Positions 40,206 to 50,319 of a DNA stretch of 64,000 nt are shown piece by piece. The position numbers and the translations under genes were made by a program. Source of the stretch: a virus (lineage: Duplodnaviria; Caudoviricetes); IMG/VR virus record IMGVR_UViG_3300009128_001408, positions 2,082 through 66,081 of that record, one strand, 5' to 3'. How positions within the stretch are numbered: the first letter of the stretch is position 1; every line of letters starts with the position of its first letter. Under the pieces are notes generated by a model. The model was not told where the DNA came from. It saw only the letters and a list, made by a program, of their open reading frames with translations, and ran no database searches.

Positions 40206-40991
40206 TCACACGTTCTCCAAACTTTTTAATTCACGAGCGAGCCGGCCCTGAATATATCTTACATTATCTTCACCCATCTTAGCAGTCCGGCCGCCGAACT
40301 TACTAATCAGGGCATTGTAAAATTCCTGTATCTCTGCATCGCTTGGGTCACCCCTTAAGGCGGTAACAAGAGCTGTTCCGCTGTCATTGTCCAGGACATC
40401 TATCGTCGCTTTTCTAATCTGGGAATTGCCGTCGTTCACAGACTTTTCAACAAGCTGAGGCTTTAACTTTGAGATAGCCATGTCAATATCATCAAGGTCA
40501 TTAGCAAGATATAGTGCATCACTGCGGGCAGTCTTTAAAGATTGCAACTCAGCACGAAGTCGATCTTCGTATTCCTTTGCTTCCTGCTGGGTACCGCGGT
40601 TACCGTCTGGAAGCTCGACCTTATCATCGGTCTTCATGCTCTTAATTTTGGCAGTTAAGTCCCTTATCTCTTGCTCTTTTTTCTCCATATTCTTCTCAAG
40701 CTTGAGCTTAAGCTCCTTGCGATGTTCAGGTGATTCAGCGCCATACATTCTCTTCGTCACAAAAAGCTTTATTTCAGCCGGGGTCAAGTCTGCCAGGGCA
40801 TTAAAAACACCTGCAGCGTCTAAGTTCACCATCGCTGTACCTAGCCTCTCACCAGCCTTCATTTTCTCGTGACCAGCCTTAGCACCCTTAACGATACCCC
40901 CAATCGCCCGGCCGATCAGCTCATCAACTTCCTCGTGGCCGTGTTCAAATAATGATTCAGCTATGTACTCCCTCAGAAGTTGTTCAGACAT
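40206..40991 (-). CDS. coiled-coil protein with leader MSEQLLREYIAESLFE
   Basis: GAGG RBS; start at 40991. Confidence 0.7.
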   Translation of the reverse strand: MSEQLLREYIAESLFEHGHEEVDELIGRAIGGIVKGAKAGHEKMKAGERLGTAMVNLDAAGVFNALADLTPAEIKLFVTKRMYGAESPEHRKELKLKLEKNMEKKEQEIRDLTAKIKSMKTDDKVELPDGNRGTQQEAKEYEDRLRAELQSLKTARSDALYLANDLDDIDMAISKLKPQLVEKSVNDGNSQIRKATIDVLDNDSGTALVTALRGDPSDAEIQEFYNALISKFGGRTAKMGEDNVRYIQGRLARELKSLENV

Positions 40992-40995
40992 GCCA

Positions 40996-41691
40996 CTACC
41001 TCGAGACCTGTGCAATTCTCTCAGCCCTGACAAAGCGATTCTCGATAACATCCCAGTTCAGTTGTGCCATCATGTTATACAGGTACTGCCTCTTATTCTT
41101 TAGGTAGTCGTGGAAGTATGCGTGCTCCCACATGTCCATGACAATGACCGGCACACATCCCATTGGAACGTTTCGATCGTGACCGTCGATAATAATATTG
41201 ACGTAGCCCTGTAGGTACGTATTGAAACAACAAACAGCCCACCCTGACTGGGCGGACATTGCGCAGGCGATAAAATCCTCCTGCCAGGAGTCGAAGTTGC
41301 CCCAGTCTCTGGACAACCGCATGTATGACAGTGAATCCATGGCCAGCTCTGAGACTGGTGCTGCGATATTGGCGAAGTACAGCTCGTGGAGGTAGAGGGC
41401 GGCCATGTTGGACTGTTCGGCCAGCTTAGTGTCACGGAACACTGAGCATATAGCATTGGCATCCTCGCGAGGAATACCATCCAGCTCAGCTGATGTCTTG
41501 TTAAAGCACGCCACATAATTCTTGTACAGCTCGATGTGGGCGGTCTTCGCCTTTTGGCTCAGCTTCTCAGTGTTGAGGTCGAACTGCTTGACTTGAGCGA
41601 CAAACGCCTCTGTCAGTATTTCAGGCGTCGGCTGGTCATCATCCATCCCCATGGACTCCCTAATGTTCTTTTTAATATCGTCGTATTTCAT
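40996..41691 (-). CDS. Fe/Mn superoxide dismutase with N-terminal extension
   Basis: Metal ligands H (AHIELY), H (LHELYF), DMWEHAY; extension MKYDDIKKNIRES...ILTE. Confidence 0.85.
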   Translation of the reverse strand: MKYDDIKKNIRESMGMDDDQPTPEILTEAFVAQVKQFDLNTEKLSQKAKTAHIELYKNYVACFNKTSAELDGIPREDANAICSVFRDTKLAEQSNMAALYLHELYFANIAAPVSELAMDSLSYMRLSRDWGNFDSWQEDFIACAMSAQSGWAVCCFNTYLQGYVNIIIDGHDRNVPMGCVPVIVMDMWEHAYFHDYLKNKRQYLYNMMAQLNWDVIENRFVRAERIAQVSR

Positions 41692-41702
41692 ATGTCCTCA
41701 CC

Positions 41703-41990
41703 TCAGTCCAATTTATACCTGGATCGTAGTTCATCGTTATCTATAAATGATGTCTTCTTCTTACCATCAGATGTAACAAAACTGACCTGCACACCCTCAG
41801 GCCGGACTGTTTCTATGGTGTATAGTAGTCCCGACTTCTTCTCACGAATCTTGAGACCTGTGCTAAGAATGCCTGTCTCATGGCCGCCTAGGCTGGCGAA
41901 CGCATCCAGCTCATCCACGACCTCCTGTACCTTCTTCTGGTACTCCTCGCGGATCAACTGAACGACCTGCTGCTCGGTCAGCTTCTCCAT
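41703..41990 (-). CDS. hypothetical protein with leader MEKLTEQQVVQLIREEY
   Basis: GGAG RBS; shared leader. Confidence 0.7.
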   Translation of the reverse strand: MEKLTEQQVVQLIREEYQKKVQEVVDELDAFASLGGHETGILSTGLKIREKKSGLLYTIETVRPEGVQVSFVTSDGKKKTSFIDNDELRSRYKLD

Positions 41991-41992
41991 GA

Positions 41993-43129
41993 CTACTCCA
42001 TCCCGGCCAGGTGTCGCCAGCGTCGGAAGTCTGTTACCTGCTCGTTGAGCATGCTCTCTTCCGAATCGCAATACTCGCTTAAAATATTCAAAAGAGCTTG
42101 GTCAGACGGTTGGGATGACTCCCCTAGAATTCCCTTGCCGCGAAGGTAATCGGTTATTCGCTTCCGCTGGGAGGCATTTTTTAAGTCATCTAAATTGCCT
42201 TTTCTAGCCTGCCTGCTAAGCCAGTCGCGGAATGTCTTAGCAGTCACGCCTCCGGCTGAAGGAGTATCATCAGTAGTGGTCGATGATGGTGTACCTGATG
42301 GGGCGGCTGGTGGGGTTGGGGTATCTGACGGGGTGCCTGATGGAGTGGCTGATGGGGTATCCGATGTTACTCTGTCGAGATCCCGGGGTTCTTCAGGATC
42401 TGGAGTCGCTACAAGGGCATCCCTCATCTTCTCGAGTTGCGCGACGCTTGTTACCATTATATCGTCACCAAACTGATCCATTAGCGCCTTATCAATATTA
42501 GGCACATTAGCGACCCACTTCTTAGCAGCGGTGCGCCGCAGGAAGTTCATAGCCTGGGTACCCCAGCCTGGCCTGGAGGCCTTCATAGCCTTAATGGCAC
42601 CCTGTTTTAACTTATCAGCGCCTGGAATCATTCCAGAGCCGGCAATATCCTCAAGGTGCTTGGCCTTATCATCTCCCGGGATGTCCTCGAGATTCCTAAG
42701 AAATAACTTTAGCGTATTCTCAATAGTGTCACTCGCCTGTTTTGCCAGCGCGTTAGTCGCCGTAATGGCATCGATTGCACTCGCAGTCTCGATTCGACTA
42801 CCAAAAAATCGCTTTAATCCCTTACCTTCGGGATCCTCGAAATCGATAGCTGCGGCTGCCTGAAGGGCTTTATCCATCGTTGCCGATAAGGAGTCCATAT
42901 ATGTCTTGAGACTGTCCAGATTTGTTGGTTCTAGCTCCTTCTTAATTTTATCAATGACATCCTTAGATGTTCGTGCCTGAGCGCGAACCTTGGCCACATC
43001 ACTGCGCTCTTCAACTTCATAAAGTAAGTGAAAAAGATTATTATCACCATCAACTGCCAAAAGAAAGCTCATTATTTCTTCTTCGGTTATGAGGCCATAT
43101 CGTTCAGATAAAAGTTGATTACTTAACAT
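41993..43129 (-). CDS. hypothetical protein with Thr/Pro/Ser linker and C-terminal RRWRHLAG tail
   Basis: GGAG RBS; class II motif at 43158-43167. Confidence 0.7.
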   Translation of the reverse strand: MLSNQLLSERYGLITEEEIMSFLLAVDGDNNLFHLLYEVEERSDVAKVRAQARTSKDVIDKIKKELEPTNLDSLKTYMDSLSATMDKALQAAAAIDFEDPEGKGLKRFFGSRIETASAIDAITATNALAKQASDTIENTLKLFLRNLEDIPGDDKAKHLEDIAGSGMIPGADKLKQGAIKAMKASRPGWGTQAMNFLRRTAAKKWVANVPNIDKALMDQFGDDIMVTSVAQLEKMRDALVATPDPEEPRDLDRVTSDTPSATPSGTPSDTPTPPAAPSGTPSSTTTDDTPSAGGVTAKTFRDWLSRQARKGNLDDLKNASQRKRITDYLRGKGILGESSQPSDQALLNILSEYCDSEESMLNEQVTDFRRWRHLAGME

Positions 43130-43158
43130 TTCTTAACTCCATATAAGGATACCACACA

Positions 43159-43581
43159 TTAAATATTGTCCTCAACATGGAATTTCCTGACTTTTACTCC
43201 CGCATCGTGGAGTATATCCAGGCCTGTTGTATCCCTGTACTGGACATCATAGACGACCTCGTTGATCCTGGCATTAACAATAGCCTTAGCACACATTCGA
43301 CATGGTGACAGCGTCAGGTACATCACCTTGCGCTGTGGGTAGTTATAATCTAGCTTGATAAGAGCATTGATCTCGGCATGTATCATACCGGACTCGCCAG
43401 GCAAATTCGACTCCACAGTATTGGGCCCGCCGCGGTAGTCACCGTTGTATCCGACCGACAGGACCTGTGTCCCCTCAGCATTGACGATAGCTGCTCCAAC
43501 CTTGTGCCTCGGGTCGACAGATCGGCCAGCAATAATGTGGGCAACACCCATCCAGATCTCATCCCACGTCGGTCGGCTCAT
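43159..43581 (-). CDS. dCMP deaminase
   Basis: RPTWD, VGA, GYNG, HAEINA, SPCRMC. Confidence 0.92.
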   Translation of the reverse strand: MSRPTWDEIWMGVAHIIAGRSVDPRHKVGAAIVNAEGTQVLSVGYNGDYRGGPNTVESNLPGESGMIHAEINALIKLDYNYPQRKVMYLTLSPCRMCAKAIVNARINEVVYDVQYRDTTGLDILHDAGVKVRKFHVEDNI

Positions 43582-43756
43582 TGGTACCCCTGTCGTTTAA
43601 CTGCTGCCTATTCTTGTCCACCCTTGTCAGCGATGCGACTATGACTGATGAAAAGACATCGATCTTATATCTCAGTACCTTAAGCGGGCTGGAAATAAAC
43701 GCCCAATAGCACAACACAAAGGCCAATAATAATAGTACTGCTGCAATTATACTCAT
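43559..43756 (-). CDS. small membrane protein
   Basis: N-terminal TM; operon tiling. Confidence 0.5.
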   Translation of the reverse strand: MSIIAAVLLLLAFVLCYWAFISSPLKVLRYKIDVFSSVIVASLTRVDKNRQQLNDRGTNEPTDVG

Positions 43757-43758
43757 AG

Positions 43759-43986
43759 CTAAAATGGATTCTTCTCACAGTGGTCAATAATCTTAACTAT
43801 GTCATCATACAGCTCGTTTGGTGCCTCTGTATAGGACATTCCGATCACACTCTTAATAACTTTTGGTATGTGGGCGTATGGATTTCGACCCTTAGGGTGT
43901 CGGTAGCTCGGGGGCAGGCGTCCCTCCAGGGACTTTCCTGCCTCCCTAATTCTTTCCAGCAGCAGTCTTTTTCTTGCGTCGTCCAC
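43759..43986 (-). CDS. hypothetical protein
   Basis: AAGGAG plus GTG at 43986; LPPS.RHPKGRNPYAH. Confidence 0.6.
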   Translation of the reverse strand: MDDARKRLLLERIREAGKSLEGRLPPSYRHPKGRNPYAHIPKVIKSVIGMSYTEAPNELYDDIVKIIDHCEKNPF

Positions 43987-44824
43987 TGGTCTCCTTATCG
44001 AAGATGTCATCGACTTTAAAGTCACCTGGTAACTGGAAACCGGCAGCCTTCCTGTGGCCTCCTCCATCATACCTCTTGGCAATCTCACAGACATCGATGG
44101 CATCGTGGAATGACCTGAGGCTAACCTTGATAAACTTGCTAATGTGATCGTAGTACCATATCATTGCAAAGTCACAGTCGGGTGCCAGCTTGGCCCCAAT
44201 CTCCGATATCCAGTGCGATGAGTTGACAACCATGACGCTCTTACCGTCCATCTTACGAGAGGCAGCCTTGTCGCAGACTTTCTTGACGACTGTCTTCGAG
44301 TACGCCAGGATGTAAGATCCCCGCTTGACAGCATCATCAAAGACCGAGTCATCCTCGAACTTCTCGAACTCCTCGAACTCGAAAGGTACCATATCAAAGG
44401 CTGCACTAAACTCCTTGGAGTAGGGAAGCTCCCACTTCCAGAGATCGCGATCCTGAATATACTGGATGAATTTTGGGCACTCCTTGCCGGGGTGGAAAAA
44501 TTCCCATGATAGCATGGCACCAGACTTGGTCATATCAAACTGGGTATTGGATATATCATGGAGCTCTACCATGGCCGACTTGTGGTGATCTAGAATTATC
44601 AGGTCAGAAGCCGACTCAATCATGGCCTTTGTTGTCTCATTATTGAATGAGAAGTCCAGGATGGCCACTGTCTTGCCCTTAACATTAGGTGGTTTAGTAC
44701 CGTGCTTACACGGATGATACTCGGTTCGATTGCCGAGAAGCTTCCACGCGCCGTATGCGGCGCCGAAACCATCGGTGCAGTCAGCATGATAGATTACACA
44801 ATTTACGCTTGTTGGCTCAATCAT
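43946..44824 (-). CDS. DHH/DHHA1 phosphoesterase
   Basis: YH..C.DG, LDF, LDHH, DRDLW, SLRS, GGGH.KAAG. Confidence 0.88.
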   Translation of the reverse strand: MIEPTSVNCVIYHADCTDGFGAAYGAWKLLGNRTEYHPCKHGTKPPNVKGKTVAILDFSFNNETTKAMIESASDLIILDHHKSAMVELHDISNTQFDMTKSGAMLSWEFFHPGKECPKFIQYIQDRDLWKWELPYSKEFSAAFDMVPFEFEEFEKFEDDSVFDDAVKRGSYILAYSKTVVKKVCDKAASRKMDGKSVMVVNSSHWISEIGAKLAPDCDFAMIWYYDHISKFIKVSLRSFHDAIDVCEIAKRYDGGGHRKAAGFQLPGDFKVDDIFDKETSGRRKKKTAAGKN

Positions 44825-44835
44825 AAGTCTTCCTG

Positions 44836-45405
44836 TTAGTCATCCTGTTTACTAATTAGGTGGTGTCGCCAACACCTCGGTTCATACATATCATCGCCAC
44901 CCACTGATATAACCTTCCCATCGTCCTGCTTCTTGTGGGTGTAGAATGCATCCCTGCCGCAGACAGTACATACAGCCGAACAGACCTCAATTCTGGTGGC
45001 CCATGGTAATATAGTACTCATCTCGTCAAATGCTGTTGCGCTGTATGACAGCGAAAGTGATGAAACATATATACTAATTCCCTTTTTAAACAACCAGACG
45101 AGAACATCTGATATTCCCTCCACCATGAATGCCTCATCTACAGCTATGGTGTCATAAATCTCGTCAGATGTCGATAAAAACTCCAGTAGAGCAGAGCCTG
45201 AATCGATGGTAAACCCTTCCATCTTGTTGCCTGAGTGTGTACAGACAGCTGTCTTGGAATATCTATTGTCCATGCTGGCCTTAAACAGAGCAACGGTCTT
45301 TTTCTGGTAGGTCGCTCTGTCCAAGGCGTCAAGCAGTCTAGTCGTCTTGGAACTAAACATTGGGCCGGTGAACACCACCAGCTCGGGATTTGTCTTCGGC
45401 TTCAT
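44836..45405 (-). CDS. tdk: thymidine kinase
   Basis: GPMFSSKTT, DNRYS, VDEAF, CTVCG, GGDDMYEPRC. Confidence 0.92.
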   Translation of the reverse strand: MKPKTNPELVVFTGPMFSSKTTRLLDALDRATYQKKTVALFKASMDNRYSKTAVCTHSGNKMEGFTIDSGSALLEFLSTSDEIYDTIAVDEAFMVEGISDVLVWLFKKGISIYVSSLSLSYSATAFDEMSTILPWATRIEVCSAVCTVCGRDAFYTHKKQDDGKVISVGGDDMYEPRCWRHHLISKQDD

Positions 45406-45608
45406 TACTCTTCCTCAAGCAGTAACACATCTCCGGATTGAGCTGACTCACTCTCGGCCAGTGCAGACCTATACTCACTAATGACATGATCAAATATGTC
45501 CTTGGCCAGATGCTTCCTAGCAATGGCTGATGAGAAGTTCAAGTCTTGACGAGCGTCATCCAGGGCGCTAATAATTGATGCCTTAACAATCATCTCAAAA
45601 TTTTTCAC
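45405..45608 (-). CDS. hypothetical protein
   Basis: GGAGG RBS. Confidence 0.6.
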   Translation of the reverse strand: MKNFEMIVKASIISALDDARQDLNFSSAIARKHLAKDIFDHVISEYRSALAESESAQSGDVLLLEEE

Positions 45609-45660
45609 ACTACCTCCGACAAATTAACAATAATATCATACATCAAATATGCAGATTGTA

Positions 45661-48600
45661 TTAGACAACAACTGGCCTCATTTTACTAGAATTTGTGCTA
45701 GCGCCCCACTGTTCATTAGTCGTCACATCAAAGATCCAGATAGTGTATGGTGCAGCGGTCGGAGGAATATTTCCCCAGACCCGAAGCCAGCAATAATTGC
45801 TCTGCGGATCAATCACCTTAATACGATAGAATGTCTTGCCGTTCTTAGAGGTCTTCTTAATAATATCCTGGAGACATCCCCACGCAATCTTCCTAACATT
45901 TCCGGTTAGCGATGGAAGTGCAGGCAGGTCTGACTTCTTAATCTTGGCCATGATCTCTTCTGGGAAGACCAGCTCCTCATTGACAGAGCCACCGATCTCA
46001 GCAAAGTTATTGATCTTCTCAACACGCGTCCAGTCCTCAATATCACTGACACTCTTAATCAGGGGAGGCAGTTGGGAGGGCGCATCGACCTTCTTCGCCT
46101 TGCGAATTGACATTCCATAGCGATTCTTCTTGAGAATATTGTAGTTCTCAATGATCAGTTCATGCATCTGCCTGTGGTTCTTAAATATACCTGCATCAAA
46201 CTCCTCTAGGGAGTTAAATGCCTCCATCTTTGTCAGCGCGGCAAAACACCGCTTGTTCATCTTAGAGTGTTTCCAAGCGCCGTCCTCGTCATATAGAAGC
46301 TCGTCCATATTTCGATATGGTCGATTATCTAGGATCTCCTGCATCGCCACATCACCTACACCCTTAAATGAACTTAATGGTGGGACAAGAGCCTCAGCCT
46401 GCAGTGAGTATGTCCATGTCCTACCTGACATGTTGATATCAGCAGGGGCGAACTTATAACCTAGTTTCTTAATCTCAGAGATCATAACAGGAAGCTTCTT
46501 GACGTTGTGATTCTCTGACTGTAGACAGGTAGAAAGCCACTCATGCTCGTAGTGTGTCATTAGCCACGCTCCGTAGTAGGAGGCAATGGCATACGCCACA
46601 GCATGTGACTTATTAAATCCGTACAGCGAGAAGTATGCAATCTTCTCGAACAGTTCCTCCGCCTGCTGGCGTGGCATGTTTCCAACATCAACAGCACCGT
46701 TAATAAACTTCTTACGAAGCTCCTCCTTCTCAGTAACTTTCTTACCCAGCGATGTCAGGTCCTTCTTGACAAGCGTCTTTCGCATCTTGTCAGATTCCCC
46801 CGGAGTAAATCCGGCCAGCTTCTGGGCCAGGAGCATGAACTGTTCCTGAAATACGATAAATCCATATGTCGGCCCAAGGACGTCCTTCAGGACAGGATGG
46901 TCGAACTCTACCGAACCTGGGTCGCGGCGTGCCTTGACATACTTGACATGAACACGAGCCTTCAGAGGGCCTGGCCTATAGATGGCGGTAATAGCGGCCA
47001 GCTCTGTAATATTCTGGGGTTTTGCTAGAACACAGAACTTACGTGCCCCTGTTGATGTAAACTGAAAGATGCCAGGCCAACGCCCCTGCTGGTAGACATG
47101 CTGAAACACAGCAGGATCATCAGGTTCATGGTATCGACAGTTTAGGTTCTCATCGTAGAATTTCTTGACCTCACTAAACTTAGGCTCCCGACCTAAGCGC
47201 TTGGCGACAATCAGTCGAATACAGTCCTCAACCATCTTCATCTGTTTTAGGCCTAGGAAGTCGAACTTCAAGAAGCCGTTCTCCTCCAGATTTCGAATGT
47301 TAACACCCTCTGACCAGGATGTTTGAAACTCTCCACGAACCTTGATAACAGGCATGTGTCGCTCTAAGTCCGGACAGATCAGGACACCACCTGCATGGCG
47401 GCCGATGGACCGGTTCTGCATGAATAGGTCAATAACCTTCTCCTCAACTTGCGGATATGCCTCCATAAACTCGCGATATCGACTAGAGTACTTCATGCAA
47501 TCCTCATGCCTGAGGACGAACATTGACTTCTCCATATTAGGATCTCGTGCCTTGTTCTGAACCTCGAATTCCAGCGGTCCAGTGACAGCATTCACCTCGT
47601 GAAATGGAATGCCATAGAACTTTGAGACGTCCTTGATGAGTGACTTCAGTTTCAGTGTGTTAAAATTGGAGACAGGTACCACCGAGTCGTCGCCAAATAG
47701 CTGCCTCGCCGCGTCGATGACAACATCACGATTACCAATATCCAGATCAATATCTGGCCAACCGGCCTTATTTCTATGCAGGAACCTCTCCCACAGCAGG
47801 TCATGTTTAAGCGGATCGACATGAGTAATATCAAGAAGGTAATTGACAAGGGAACCAGCACCGGAGCCTCGACCTGGACCAGGGAGTGTCCCGTTCTCGG
47901 AGACCTTCAGCGTCTTCTGTAACGTCAGGAAGTAGTTCTCAAAGCCTAGGAACTTGATGTCTGACAGTTCCATATAAGCGCGCTGCAGGTATTCATCATT
48001 ATCTGCCAGTCCCTCACGATGGAGACCCTCCTTGACGAGATCAACCAGCTGATTGAATGCGGACTTATCTGGGCTATCAAATGATGGAAGCTTGACAGAT
48101 TGATCGAACCAGACCTCATCGTACTTCTGCCAGACCATGTCATGCGTCCGCTCAATTGCGTCCCTGACAAGCTCCTCGCTGCCACGATAGAACTCATGGT
48201 CCTCCCACTGTCGCTGGTACTCCTCCCACATCTGGGGGGCGTTCTTGGGATACAGTTCACACTGGAGCTCGTCCAGTGCCGGAAGCACATTGACACCATC
48301 CTTGTCAAGCATGCCTGGTCGTAGCTTTCTATAGAGTTCACGAGCTTCCCAATAATTGGGACCTGGATAGTGAGCATCGCTGGTAACGACCAACGGGACA
48401 CCAGTCTTCTTTGACAGGTCAATAAGGCACCGATTTGTCAGGTTCTGGGCATGCATCTTGTTCATCTGCAACTCTAGAAAGAAATTCTCCTGGCCGACAG
48501 CGTCGACAAATCGGTCAACACAGTTCTCCAGTCTCCCCATAATCCTATTCAGAATAACAGGATCATCGACCAATTCAGGCTTCAGGTCAAGAAATCCTAC

Positions 48601-49224
48601 TTCAGGAAAGTCCTGGTAGATTAGGCCACTCGGATATCCGCCCACGCATGCTGTTGTCACTGTCAGGCCCTCAGAGTGCTCCTTGAGCATCTTGAAGTCA
48701 ATGCGGGGAAACCTATAAAAGCCAAATTTAAAGCTCTTCTTAACCAACGTGAATAGGTTCTGGAGTCCTGTGTGATTGTATGCCGTCACGGCGAGGTGGT
48801 ACCTTTTTCTCAGGACATCACTGGCAGATCGCTTTGTCCTGGTCTCGTCGGCATCCTCAACCACATGGCCTGCGTCTTCTTTTTCAACAGCTGTGCCCAA
48901 CTGCTTCTTCTCCTCGCGGTAGGCATCATACTGTGCCTGCCAGTCGCCTAGATCCGGAACGAAATAGAATTCAACACCGTAGATCTGGCGAAAGTTCTGA
49001 CCCTTCGCCTTAAGGCGCTTAGCATGCGCATGAGCGTGGGCAAGGCCATTGCCATTACCGTGGTCAGTCAGGGCCCAGGAGTCCATCTCGTTGGAGAGAA
49101 CAAAGTCAATGTGTTCCTTTGGTTCTCCAAGACCGTCAAACGGACTGAATGTGCTGTGATTGTGAAGGGATACGTAGCGGTCGGGAGGCCGGATCTGTGC
49201 GAAGATATTATTCATTTTGGACAT
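45661..49224 (-). CDS. dnaE: DNA polymerase III alpha subunit (family C) with intact PHP domain
   Basis: HNHS, TDHG, SDAHY; GRGSGAGS, PDIDLD, GRHAGG, KFDFLGL, YGFNKSHA. Confidence 0.95.
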   Translation of the reverse strand: MSKMNNIFAQIRPPDRYVSLHNHSTFSPFDGLGEPKEHIDFVLSNEMDSWALTDHGNGNGLAHAHAHAKRLKAKGQNFRQIYGVEFYFVPDLGDWQAQYDAYREEKKQLGTAVEKEDAGHVVEDADETRTKRSASDVLRKRYHLAVTAYNHTGLQNLFTLVKKSFKFGFYRFPRIDFKMLKEHSEGLTVTTACVGGYPSGLIYQDFPEVGFLDLKPELVDDPVILNRIMGRLENCVDRFVDAVGQENFFLELQMNKMHAQNLTNRCLIDLSKKTGVPLVVTSDAHYPGPNYWEARELYRKLRPGMLDKDGVNVLPALDELQCELYPKNAPQMWEEYQRQWEDHEFYRGSEELVRDAIERTHDMVWQKYDEVWFDQSVKLPSFDSPDKSAFNQLVDLVKEGLHREGLADNDEYLQRAYMELSDIKFLGFENYFLTLQKTLKVSENGTLPGPGRGSGAGSLVNYLLDITHVDPLKHDLLWERFLHRNKAGWPDIDLDIGNRDVVIDAARQLFGDDSVVPVSNFNTLKLKSLIKDVSKFYGIPFHEVNAVTGPLEFEVQNKARDPNMEKSMFVLRHEDCMKYSSRYREFMEAYPQVEEKVIDLFMQNRSIGRHAGGVLICPDLERHMPVIKVRGEFQTSWSEGVNIRNLEENGFLKFDFLGLKQMKMVEDCIRLIVAKRLGREPKFSEVKKFYDENLNCRYHEPDDPAVFQHVYQQGRWPGIFQFTSTGARKFCVLAKPQNITELAAITAIYRPGPLKARVHVKYVKARRDPGSVEFDHPVLKDVLGPTYGFIVFQEQFMLLAQKLAGFTPGESDKMRKTLVKKDLTSLGKKVTEKEELRKKFINGAVDVGNMPRQQAEELFEKIAYFSLYGFNKSHAVAYAIASYYGAWLMTHYEHEWLSTCLQSENHNVKKLPVMISEIKKLGYKFAPADINMSGRTWTYSLQAEALVPPLSSFKGVGDVAMQEILDNRPYRNMDELLYDEDGAWKHSKMNKRCFAALTKMEAFNSLEEFDAGIFKNHRQMHELIIENYNILKKNRYGMSIRKAKKVDAPSQLPPLIKSVSDIEDWTRVEKINNFAEIGGSVNEELVFPEEIMAKIKKSDLPALPSLTGNVRKIAWGCLQDIIKKTSKNGKTFYRIKVIDPQSNYCWLRVWGNIPPTAAPYTIWIFDVTTNEQWGASTNSSKMRPVVV

Positions 49225-49230
49225 AATATT

Positions 49231-49258
49231 ATTCTAACACGTTTGAGTCGAATTTACA
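49231..49258 (-). promoter_or_regulatory. class I promoter TGTAAA-N16-TAGAAT
   Basis: 6 nt from the dnaE ATG; no RBS. Confidence 0.6.
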
Positions 49259-49265
49259 CGCAAAT

Positions 49266-50072
49266 CTAGAGCTTTTCAGGGCGTGTGCCCCTCTTTCTAG
49301 CTGCGGGTCGCTCGCCAACCTTGCGACGTGCCTCTCGACTGTCATCGCTGTCATAGCGCTCTATAAATTTTAGCGTCATATCGTCTGGAATTCCTTGCGC
49401 TCCCAACTGACGACAGACTGCGGACAGGATCCTGGCACGGACCTCATTGTTACCGAAGTTAACGCCCCATGTCCACTCAATTGCCTGCCTTATGCCTCCA
49501 AGCTCGCCCTCAGCCTTCTTTATCTGACTTCTTATCTTGCTTATTTTTATCTCAATAGGAATATCCACATCGATACCTAGGTAAATTGCCAGCTCTATTA
49601 GGTCGTCCATTAGGCGAAGCTCAAATGCAGCGCATGCCTGTTGATAGATCTGAAATCTATCATGCATCTCCTCCTCAGAAAGACCTGTCATGTGCTGCAC
49701 CTTGTCTGGGTGTGTCAGTGTTACTATCTTCCTGAACAGCTGTTTCAACTCCTTGCTGGAAGGATCGGTCAATGACTCAATATCCTCATCATCGTCGTCG
49801 TCTTCTAGTTGTGGTTGTTTTGTTGGATCATCTATAGCAACGGCTGTTTCAGGCTTATCATCTGGAAGCTCAGGTGAAGAATTATTCTGTGACTCTGTCA
49901 GGCCGAGTTCCGCAAGATAACTGTAGACAGCATCCCTAAGCTCTAGCTTGTAAATATGAAATGATTCGTTACTGTCGAGAAGTTCCTCACGCAGGAACTT
50001 TAATTGATATGTCAGCTTCTTCAGCTGCCTGTCATCGTTGGCCTTAAGTTGCTTACGTATCTTGGACGCCAC
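49266..50072 (-). CDS. J-domain-containing protein (DnaK co-chaperone-like)
   Basis: ELKQLFRKIVTLTHPDK. Confidence 0.7.
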   Translation of the reverse strand: MASKIRKQLKANDDRQLKKLTYQLKFLREELLDSNESFHIYKLELRDAVYSYLAELGLTESQNNSSPELPDDKPETAVAIDDPTKQPQLEDDDDDEDIESLTDPSSKELKQLFRKIVTLTHPDKVQHMTGLSEEEMHDRFQIYQQACAAFELRLMDDLIELAIYLGIDVDIPIEIKISKIRSQIKKAEGELGGIRQAIEWTWGVNFGNNEVRARILSAVCRQLGAQGIPDDMTLKFIERYDSDDSREARRKVGERPAARKRGTRPEKL

Positions 50073-50079
50073 ACAGAGC

Positions 50080-50316
50080 TTACCTGTCCAGGCGCCACTT
50101 AATCAGTGCGACAATATCTCTTACGATTGGAACAGGCCAGAGAGGTGACCACTTAACCAGGCCAAGGTTATCGTTGGCGACACCCTTATAGAACTGCTTA
50201 AGATCCTTACCCCTGGCACGATTTGAGAGCTTGACTGCATTCGATGCAGTCCATAGTCTCGAGACCAAAAACACGACAATGGTAATACCATACACTAATG
50301 TGATATCATCTAGCAT
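50080..50316 (-). CDS. small membrane protein
   Basis: AGGAG RBS; N-terminal TM. Confidence 0.55.
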   Translation of the reverse strand: MLDDITLVYGITIVVFLVSRLWTASNAVKLSNRARGKDLKQFYKGVANDNLGLVKWSPLWPVPIVRDIVALIKWRLDR

Positions 50317-50319
50317 TTA

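Noticed and set aside
42262-42366. Short TPS-coding tandem repeats as a diversity-generating or contingency locus
   Set aside because: Degenerate low-complexity linker; no reverse transcriptase or template/variable repeat pair in the window
45661-49224. Intein in DnaE
   Set aside because: Length is typical for DnaE and no splice-junction or LAGLIDADG motifs were seen
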